Positions 17,162 to 24,000 of a stretch of 24,000 nucleotides of DNA are shown one piece after another. Positions within the stretch are counted from its first letter, which is position 1. The number at the start of each line of letters is the position of its first letter. The notes under the pieces were generated by a model that did no database searches, had not been told where the DNA came from, and worked only from the letters and a program-made list of their open reading frames with translations. The translations under genes and the position numbers were made by a program. Location of the stretch: positions 70,949 to 94,948 of the forward strand of contig NZ_JAOQKH010000002.1 in the NCBI RefSeq assembly GCF_025567485.1, given 5' to 3'. Source of the stretch: Porcipelethomonas ammoniilytica (GTDB taxonomy: Bacteria; Bacillota; Clostridia; Oscillospirales; Ruminococcaceae).

Positions 17162-17271
17162 CATAGGTTGCTGTGCTTCAGATTTTGCTGATTACAGCGC
17201 TGCAAAATTTTTGTTAGGTAAGTTTGTAATTTTGCGCCTTGTACTCAACAAAATTATGCACAAATCCTATG
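17162..17271. repeat. 110 bp imperfect palindromic intergenic element (MITE/REP-like candidate)
   Basis: Ends CATAGGTTGCTGTGC ... GCACAAATCCTATG; internal CAGATTTTGCTG pairs with CAACAAAAT and GCAAAATT pairs with AATTTTGC. Confidence 0.7.
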
Positions 17272-17287
17272 AAAACAAGTTCTGATG

Positions 17288-17309
17288 GGCGGATTTTTCC
17301 GCCTTTTTT
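17288..17309 (+). terminator. Intrinsic terminator upstream of the MBL hydrolase gene
   Basis: GGCGG-ATTTTT-CCGCC followed by TTTTTT. Confidence 0.7.
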
Positions 17310-17334
17310 AATTTAGAAGAAAAAGGTGAATAAA

Positions 17335-18117
17335 ATGGCTAGGATATATCCTCTTTTCAGTTCCAGTAAAGGTAATTCCACATTTATCGGAGAACCCGGC
17401 GGCGGCATACTTATTGACGCCGGCGTTTCATTTAAGAAGCTGACCGCAGCACTTGCGGACAGCGGTCTTTCTCTTGCATCAATAAAAGGTATTTTTATAA
17501 CTCACAGTCATTCCGACCATGTAAAAGGACTTAAAATGCTGACTAAAAAAACCGGTCTGCCGGTTTTCGGGCAAAGAGAAACTCTTGAGGAATTGATATC
17601 CGGCGAGATGATAGCTCCGGCTTGTGAGGTATATGAGCTAGACAGTCCCGCAGCGGTGGCAGATATGGAAATAAGCTGTTTTGATACTCCTCATGATACG
17701 GTCCGAAGCTGCGGTTATCGTGTAAAAACCTCTGACGGACGTGTATGCGCTGTATGTACCGATTTGGGATATGTTACCGATACTGTCAGAGAGAACCTTA
17801 ACGGTTGTAATCTTGTCTTGCTGGAATCAAATTATGACGAAAAAATGCTGGCTTCAGGACCATACCCATATTACTTAAAAGAAAGAATACGTTCAAAGCG
17901 TGGACATCTTTCAAATACAGATTGTTCTATGCAGTCGGCTGAATTAATAAGACAGGGGACAACTCATATTATTTTAGGTCATCTTAGTCAGGAAAACAAT
18001 ACGCCTTATATGGCTGATAAGATAGTTGAGACCGGACTTAAAGAGTTCTGTAGAAACAAAGATTACATATTAGAGGTCGCACCTGTTGAAACAAACGGAA
18101 AAATGGTGGTATTCTAA
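17335..18117 (+). CDS. MBL-fold metallo-hydrolase, YycJ/WalJ-like
   Basis: SSSKGNSTFIGEPGGGILIDAGVSFKKL, FITHSHSDHVKGL, NLVLLESNYDEKML, HIILGHLSQENN. ATG 17335 is preferred over the listed 17326 GTG. Confidence 0.92.
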   Translation: MARIYPLFSSSKGNSTFIGEPGGGILIDAGVSFKKLTAALADSGLSLASIKGIFITHSHSDHVKGLKMLTKKTGLPVFGQRETLEELISGEMIAPACEVYELDSPAAVADMEISCFDTPHDTVRSCGYRVKTSDGRVCAVCTDLGYVTDTVRENLNGCNLVLLESNYDEKMLASGPYPYYLKERIRSKRGHLSNTDCSMQSAELIRQGTTHIILGHLSQENNTPYMADKIVETGLKEFCRNKDYILEVAPVETNGKMVVF

Positions 18118-18593
18118 TGCTTAATATAAAAATAATAACTGTTGGAAGGCTTAAAGAAAAATATCTCAGGGACGCTTGCGGAGAATATCTTAAACGGCTT
18201 AAAAGATTCGGGAATGTTCAGGTAATTGAATTGGACGAATACCGTCTTTCGGATAATCCGTCGGATAGGGAAATTGAAAAGGCTTTGGAAATAGAGGGAA
18301 ACAACATACTAAAAGAGGCTAAAGGTTATCTGATAGCTATGTGTATTGAAGGGAAACAGCTATCCAGCGTTAAGCTTGCGGAGAAAATTTCACAGATCTC
18401 CGTTGATGGACAAAGTAATATTTCATTTATTATCGGCAGTTCCTTTGGTATTGCAGAAAATGTAAAGAAAAAAGTGGATTTTAAGCTTTCAATGTCTGAT
18501 ATGACTTTTCCTCATCAGCTTGCAAGAGTTATGCTGTTAGAACAAATCTATCGTGCTTTTCAGATTAACAATAATGGTAAATACCATAAGTAG
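18117..18593 (+). CDS. rlmH: 23S rRNA (pseudouridine-1915-N3)-methyltransferase
   Basis: MLNIKIITVGRLKEKYLRDACGEYLKRL, ISFIIGSSFGIAENVKK, KLSMSDMTFPHQLARVMLLEQIYRAFQINNNGKYHK. Confidence 0.97.
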   Translation: MLNIKIITVGRLKEKYLRDACGEYLKRLKRFGNVQVIELDEYRLSDNPSDREIEKALEIEGNNILKEAKGYLIAMCIEGKQLSSVKLAEKISQISVDGQSNISFIIGSSFGIAENVKKKVDFKLSMSDMTFPHQLARVMLLEQIYRAFQINNNGKYHK

Positions 18594-18642
18594 TAAGCTG
18601 AAAATTTATCTACAGCTTTTTCCAAGCTAAATAAGATTAAGG

Positions 18643-18671
18643 TTGAAAAATTAAATAAAACCTGCTATAAT
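18643..18671 (+). promoter_or_regulatory. Predicted promoter for pssA-psd
   Basis: TTGAAA (18643-18648), 17 bp, TATAAT (18666-18671). Confidence 0.75.
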
Positions 18672-18707
18672 ATATATTATATGTTTTTATTTTTAAGGGG
18701 AATTTAA

Positions 18708-19334
18708 ATGATTGGTTTTTATAATTATACAGTAATTTTGACATACATAGGTCTTGCTTCTGCAATTACGGGAATTTACATTGCTATGGACGGCAGGCAT
18801 ATACTTTTCTCAGTTATTGCTCTGATGATTGCAGGACTGTGCGATATGTTTGACGGTAAGATAGCCAGAACCCGCAAAAGAACTGAACCGGAGAAACGCT
18901 TTGGAATACAGATAGATTCGCTCTGCGACCTTATATGTTTCGGACTGCTTCCGGGAGCTATCGGGTACGCAATAGGCATGAGAGAAGTTTATCACATTGC
19001 AATTCTGATTTTATTTACTCTTGCGGCAGTTATACGCCTTGCGTATTTTAATGTAATGGAAGAAGAACGTCAAAGTAAAACTGAAGAAAACCGTAAAACC
19101 TATGAGGGACTTCCTGTTACAAGCGTATCCTTGATCTTGCCTTTGTTTTACAGCTTTCGCAGGGATATAGGCCGTATTTTTCCGGATCTATATGCTTTTT
19201 TGCTTTTAATTATTGCGATAGCGTTTGTAACGCGCATTAAGCTTAAAAAGCCGAAAATGAAAACCATGCTGATTTTTGTCGGTGTTGGAGGACTTGAATT
19301 TTTATGGCTGCTATTTAAATACAAGATAAAATAA
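18708..19334 (+). CDS. pssA: CDP-diacylglycerol--serine O-phosphatidyltransferase
   Basis: CDP-alcohol phosphatidyltransferase core LCDMFDGKIARTRKRTEPEKRFGIQIDSLCDLICFGLLP, followed by psd. Confidence 0.92.
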   Translation: MIGFYNYTVILTYIGLASAITGIYIAMDGRHILFSVIALMIAGLCDMFDGKIARTRKRTEPEKRFGIQIDSLCDLICFGLLPGAIGYAIGMREVYHIAILILFTLAAVIRLAYFNVMEEERQSKTEENRKTYEGLPVTSVSLILPLFYSFRRDIGRIFPDLYAFLLLIIAIAFVTRIKLKKPKMKTMLIFVGVGGLEFLWLLFKYKIK

Positions 19335-19345
19335 CGGAGATTTTT

Positions 19346-20212
19346 ATGGAAATAAAGGACAGGCAAGGAAATATAATTTTGTCGGACAAAGGACAGGATA
19401 ATATGCTTGAACGGCTCTACCGTACTGTCGGCGGAAGTATAGCTTTAAAGGGACTGACTGCGCCGTTAGTTTCCAAAGCTGCAGGTCGTTTCTGCGATTC
19501 AATTCTGTCTGCGAAACTGATACCTTCATTTATTGAAAAAGCGGGTATAGATTTAACTGAATATGAGTCCGGTTATTATCGTTCTTTCAATGATTTCTTT
19601 ACAAGAAAAATTAAAACAGATGCAAGACCTGTAAATATGAATCCAAACGTCTTGATAAGTCCATGCGATTCAAAGCTTACAGTGTATAAAATCGGCGAAA
19701 ACAGCCGTTTTATGATAAAAGGCACTGAATACGGAGTATCGTCGTTTTTAAGATGTGCAAAACTTGCGGAAAAGTATAAGGACGGTTGGTTTATGATATT
19801 TCGTCTTGGCGTTTCTGATTATCATAGATACATTTATATAGACGACGGCTGCAAATCAAAAAATATTCATATTCAGGGTATTTATCATACAGTAAACCCC
19901 ATAGCCCTTGAAAAAGCCGATATTTACAAGGAAAATACGAGGGAATTTACCGTTTTGCATACTAAAAATTTCGGGAAGGTGATTCATGCCGAGGTAGGCG
20001 CAATGCTGGTGGGAAGAATAAAAAATCATCATGAAAAATATAAATTTTTAAGAGGTGAGGAAAAGGGAATGTTTGAATACGGCGGTTCGACTGTCGTACT
20101 GATTTTTCCTCCCGATACAGTTATTCCCGACAGTGATATATTAAAAAATACAAACGACGGGTTTGAAACCGTTGTAAAAATAGGTGAAAGAATCGGTATT
20201 AAGAAAGGATAA
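19346..20212 (+). CDS. psd: Phosphatidylserine decarboxylase
   Basis: YRSFNDFFTRKI, GVSDYHRYIYIDDG, HAEVGAMLVGRI, FEYGGSTVVLIF (GGST processing site). Confidence 0.95.
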   Translation: MEIKDRQGNIILSDKGQDNMLERLYRTVGGSIALKGLTAPLVSKAAGRFCDSILSAKLIPSFIEKAGIDLTEYESGYYRSFNDFFTRKIKTDARPVNMNPNVLISPCDSKLTVYKIGENSRFMIKGTEYGVSSFLRCAKLAEKYKDGWFMIFRLGVSDYHRYIYIDDGCKSKNIHIQGIYHTVNPIALEKADIYKENTREFTVLHTKNFGKVIHAEVGAMLVGRIKNHHEKYKFLRGEEKGMFEYGGSTVVLIFPPDTVIPDSDILKNTNDGFETVVKIGERIGIKKG

Positions 20213-20216
20213 GAAA

Positions 20217-22349
20217 ATGAAAAACAAAAAGAAAAGCAGACGCTTGATAATTGCCGCTGTTGTATCTGCATTGATACTTACAACCGGCGTATCGTTTACA
20301 GGCTGTAAGGAAAAATCAGATGAACCGTCGGTTTCTGAGACTTCAGCATCGGAATCGGAAACTGTTGAGGAAACTACGGAAGCTCCTACAGAACCTACTA
20401 CAGAAGCTACAACCACTACTGAGCATGTAAGTCCAATAGAAAACGTGAACTTTTCAATGGGCAGTGAAAAAAGCGACATAAACGAAATAATGGACTATGA
20501 CAGTAATAAAACCTATAAGGCAAAGCTAAATGAGTTTGTCAGAGAGGGTGACAAAATAGATTCATTTATTTTTGTTTTCTATGCCGAGGACGGCTCTTCA
20601 AATATAAGCAGCTATAAGGGTGCATGCGGAATTTCAGTTGACAATTCCTGTCCGGCTGCTACTGACGACGGATGGTATCAGTCTGACGATTTTGAAATGG
20701 ACGTTAACAGTGCATATCTTGAGGTTAAATGGGATGTTCCCTCAGAAATCAGAGATTACATAAATACCGGAGATAAGGGAAGTATCGAAGTAGGCTATTG
20801 GTGGGGCGGTCTGCAAAAGCTCAGACTGTCAAGCATTATCTGCAATTACACTACAAGCGCAGATATACCGGTAGACGGTACGAAAACAATTGAACCTAAT
20901 AAGACGCTGAATTACGGCAGAGAAGCGGAAAAAACTGCAAGAATCCCGCTTTCTGATATGATCTCAGATGGAGATATTCCTCAGTACTTTGAATTTAATG
21001 TTGAAGCCGATGGAGAACTCCAGAAATATGCCGGCGCTTTTGGTATCTCAGTTGACGATTCCTGTCCTGACAAGACAGATAAAAGCTGGTATCAGAGCGG
21101 AAATATTGCTGTAATGACTAATTCAAACAACGCTACACTTTACTGGCTTGTACCTGATGAAATCAAGGAGTATATTTCGTCAGGCGGAGACGTTATGTTA
21201 GGTTACTGGTGGAGTCAGCAAGATACTGTAAACCTGAAATCTGTTACTGTTAAGTACAGCAATAACGGTTCTTCTCCGGCAGTACAGACAAATGCGGATA
21301 CCAATGATAAACCTAAGGAAAACAACAACAGCAGTTCAGCTGGAAAATCTTCAGCAGAAATAGTAAAAGATATGAAAATCGGCTGGAATCTGGGAAATAC
21401 TCTGGATTGTTATGATTATTCCGACTATGCCACCGACGGCGAAACTGCGTGGGGCAATCCTAAGACTACTAAATCCATGATCGATACAGTCAAGGCGGCA
21501 GGTTTTAATGCGGTGAGAATTCCTGTATCTTGGAATGATCATATGAACGGCGATACGATCGACAGTGCCTGGATGGATAGAGTAAATGAAGTTGTGGACT
21601 ATGCTATTGATAACGGTATGTATGTTATTTTAAATGTTCACCACGATGATTATACATGGCTGAATCCTTCTAAGGCTGACGAATCAAAGGTAAAGGCACG
21701 ATTGACAAAAATCTGGGAACAGATTGCGTCACGTTTTAAGGACTATGATGAACATCTTCTTTTTGAAGGTATGAATGAACCGAGAATTGTAGGCGGTCAG
21801 GATGAATGGACAGGCGGTACTGAAGAAGAGCGTGAAGTTATTAACAATTTGTTTGCTGCATTTGTGGAAACTGTAAGAAAATCAGGCGGAAATAATGCGA
21901 CACGTTCGCTTATTATCACAGGTCATGCGGCAGCAATTGATGAAAAGGCTGTTAAGGGTATAAAAGTACCTGATGATGATCACATTATAGTTTCTATTCA
22001 TGCTTATGCTCCTTATAGCTTTGCACTTGATCAGAACGGTACTTCAACTTTTTCTGACTCGGATAAATCGGAGCTTGACAAGAATTTTGACTTTTTAAAG
22101 TCCACATTTATTGATAAGGGAGTACCTGTTATAATCGGTGAATTCGGCTCTTTAAATAAAGATAATATGAGCGACCGTGTTAAGCACATGGAATATTATG
22201 TAAGTGCGGCAAAGGCAAGAGGTATTACTTGCTTTATCTGGGATAACGGTGTAAAGGACGGCGAAGGTGCGTTCGGGTTGCTTAACAGAAAAGACGGTTC
22301 ATGGTACTTTAAGGATATAGTGGATGCGGCTATGAATGGACTTGAATAA
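20217..22349 (+). CDS. Lipoprotein glycoside hydrolase family 5 (cellulase-like) with two related N-terminal accessory modules
   Basis: MKNKKKSRRLIIAAVVSALILTTGVSFTGC; two modules sharing SYKGACGISVDNSCP.../KYAGAFGISVDDSCP... and VGYWWGG/LGYWWSQ; catalytic region KIGWNLGNTLDC, ILNVHHDDYTW, LFEGMNEPR, VPVIIGEFGS. The listed start 20184 is 11 codons upstream inside psd. Confidence 0.92.
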   Translation: MKNKKKSRRLIIAAVVSALILTTGVSFTGCKEKSDEPSVSETSASESETVEETTEAPTEPTTEATTTTEHVSPIENVNFSMGSEKSDINEIMDYDSNKTYKAKLNEFVREGDKIDSFIFVFYAEDGSSNISSYKGACGISVDNSCPAATDDGWYQSDDFEMDVNSAYLEVKWDVPSEIRDYINTGDKGSIEVGYWWGGLQKLRLSSIICNYTTSADIPVDGTKTIEPNKTLNYGREAEKTARIPLSDMISDGDIPQYFEFNVEADGELQKYAGAFGISVDDSCPDKTDKSWYQSGNIAVMTNSNNATLYWLVPDEIKEYISSGGDVMLGYWWSQQDTVNLKSVTVKYSNNGSSPAVQTNADTNDKPKENNNSSSAGKSSAEIVKDMKIGWNLGNTLDCYDYSDYATDGETAWGNPKTTKSMIDTVKAAGFNAVRIPVSWNDHMNGDTIDSAWMDRVNEVVDYAIDNGMYVILNVHHDDYTWLNPSKADESKVKARLTKIWEQIASRFKDYDEHLLFEGMNEPRIVGGQDEWTGGTEEEREVINNLFAAFVETVRKSGGNNATRSLIITGHAAAIDEKAVKGIKVPDDDHIIVSIHAYAPYSFALDQNGTSTFSDSDKSELDKNFDFLKSTFIDKGVPVIIGEFGSLNKDNMSDRVKHMEYYVSAAKARGITCFIWDNGVKDGEGAFGLLNRKDGSWYFKDIVDAAMNGLE

Positions 22350-22353
22350 AAAT

Positions 22354-22377
22354 AAAAGACGGCTTAAGCCGTCTTTT
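22354..22377. terminator. Bidirectional intrinsic terminator
   Basis: Perfect 24 bp palindrome AAAAGACGGCTTAAGCCGTCTTTT. Confidence 0.88.
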
Positions 22378-22381
22378 TGTT

Positions 22382-22963
22382 TTAAAACACAAAATCCTCT
22401 GCATAAGTTAAAATTTCTTCCTCAGATAAGTTTCCGGGTACTTGAAAATATATTTTTGTATCTTCATCATACATAAATTCTAAAGCAGTAGTCATACCAT
22501 CGGTTGAATAAAGAGCCTGTCTACCAAATGCGTTTACTTCAATATAATCAAGCATAAATTCTTCTTCAACATTAGATCTACAGCTTTTTACCATTGATTC
22601 AAAATCATGATAATAAGTACGGCAGGTTGCAGAATAGACTATAGTATTACCGGAAGCGATTTCTTTAAAAGCAACTGAATATCCGCTTCGATAAGTTTCT
22701 GCTTGACAAAATTCATATTTTTCTTCATCATATTCCGGTACAGCATATGATGAACGTGTTTTATTGCTGTTTAAAAAAGCTGTCATGGTTTCAAAAGAGA
22801 CTTTATCATTTTCGAGAGCGCACAGATTATCGTTTATTTCTGTTGTTAATTCTGATGATGAACTATTAGTTTCTGTTTGTGATATTTCTGTGTTATTTTT
22901 TTTGCTACCACAGCCGGAGAGAATAATTGAAGTTATAAAAAGAATAGGTATTAATTTTTTCAT
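22382..22963 (-). CDS. Hypothetical lipoprotein, 193 aa
   Basis: MKKLIPILFITSIILSGCGSKKN signal peptide and lipobox. Confidence 0.75.
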   Translation of the reverse strand: MKKLIPILFITSIILSGCGSKKNNTEISQTETNSSSSELTTEINDNLCALENDKVSFETMTAFLNSNKTRSSYAVPEYDEEKYEFCQAETYRSGYSVAFKEIASGNTIVYSATCRTYYHDFESMVKSCRSNVEEEFMLDYIEVNAFGRQALYSTDGMTTALEFMYDEDTKIYFQVPGNLSEEEILTYAEDFVF

Positions 22964-23194
22964 GTTAATATTCTCTTACTTTTCATGTATGATTAAACTT
23001 ACTGTTGTTGTTCTTTAAAATTTCTTTTAAATATTATTTTTATTATATAAAATACTATATTGATATTATATCAGTAAAAAGAAATTAAGTCAATTATTGG
23101 GAGTTACCAAAATTTTAAAAATTATTTATATAATATTGCTAATAATTTAAGCTGTTTTTTACTGTATTATGGTAATAAAGTTTATAATTAAAAT

Positions 23195-23224
23195 TGCCGG
23201 AGATTCTTTATAAAATCTCCGGCA
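23195..23224 (-). terminator. Terminator downstream of thiC
   Basis: TGCCGGAGAT ... ATCTCCGGCA, 10 bp perfect stem, AT-rich tail on the reverse strand. Confidence 0.75.
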
Positions 23225-23230
23225 TAAATT

Positions 23231-24000
23231 TTACTTTTCCGTACAGAATTCAACCTTTTCGCCTGCCAAAATCATATTAGTGGTTCTCATAGCACACATT
23301 TTTCCGCACATAGAGCATGTATGTCTGTCCTTTGGCGGTACGCTTTCAAAGTATCTTTTTGCTTTTTCAGGATCAATTGCGTATTTGAACATTTCGTCCC
23401 ATTCAACACGTCTTCTGGCATCGCTCATTTTATTGTCAATATCTCTTGCATGAGGAATACCCTTTGCAATATCAGCGGCATGAGCGGCGATTTTTGAAGC
23501 TACAATACCCTCTCTTACATCGTCTGCATCAGGAAGTCTGAGATGCTCAGCAGGAGTAACATAACAAAGAAAATCGGCACCGTTGGCAGCTGCAATAGCA
23601 CCGCCGATAGCGGACGTAATGTGGTCGTATCCTGGAGCAATATCGGTAACTAAAGGACCTAAAACGTAGAAAGGAGCGTTGTGACAGATACGCTTTTGCA
23701 ATGTCATATTTGCGGCAATTTCGTTCATAGCCATATGTCCCGGACCTTCAACCATTACTTGAACGTCCTTTTCCCATGCTCTTTTTGTGAGATCACCCAG
23801 CTCAATAAGCTCCGAAATTTGTCCTGCATCAGTACTGTCGTTGATTGAACCTGGTCTTAAAGCGTCTCCAAGACTGATCGTTACGTCATATTCACGAAGA
23901 ATTTCCAGTACTTCATCATAATACTCATAGAATGGGTTTTCATTTCCAGTCATTTCCATCCAAGCAAAAAGCAGTGAACCGCCTCGGGAAACTATGTTGG
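23231..24000 (-). CDS. thiC: Phosphomethylpyrimidine synthase, C-terminal part; N-terminus beyond the window
   Basis: [32 protein letters not shown] continues past the listed Met to the window edge; [39 protein letters not shown]. Confidence 0.96.
   Translation of the reverse strand, partial: NIVSRGGSLLFAWMEMTGNENPFYEYYDEVLEILREYDVTISLGDALRPGSINDSTDAGQISELIELGDLTKRAWEKDVQVMVEGPGHMAMNEIAANMTLQKRICHNAPFYVLGPLVTDIAPGYDHITSAIGGAIAAANGADFLCYVTPAEHLRLPDADDVREGIVASKIAAHAADIAKGIPHARDIDNKMSDARRRVEWDEMFKYAIDPEKAKRYFESVPPKDRHTCSMCGKMCAMRTTNMILAGEKVEFCTEK

Overview
The window is about 24 kb of low-GC chromosome. Coding style, the clostridial 2[4Fe-4S] ferredoxin, the Cys T-box and the GH5 cellulase suggest an anaerobic Firmicute of the Ruminococcus/Oscillospirales type (inference). 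Most of it is ordinary housekeeping and surface biology: zinc-ribbon membrane protein, ferredoxin, amidohydrolase, TatD-associated-type radical SAM protein, YfhO-like membrane protein, glycosyltransferase, a T-box-controlled cysE / membrane protein / cysS / cyclophilin operon, a second cyclophilin lipoprotein, murA, WalJ-like MBL hydrolase, rlmH, pssA, psd, a GH5 lipoprotein with a duplicated accessory module, and the C-terminal part of thiC. The most unusual stretch is about 8361-10993. It is a 2.6 kb island with two or three divergently arranged Xre-type HTH modules, bounded by inversely oriented arrays of a related ~103 bp repeat (period ~103 bp on the left, ~201 bp composite on the right). 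A palindrome caps each outer edge. The promoter regions inside the island look like phage-style bidirectional switches, and a 45 bp leader element is present twice, once upstream of an HTH gene and once orphaned. A separate 110 bp imperfect-palindrome (MITE/REP-like) element lies between murA and walJ. No CRISPR array, tRNA, rRNA, transposase or complete defence system could be supported.
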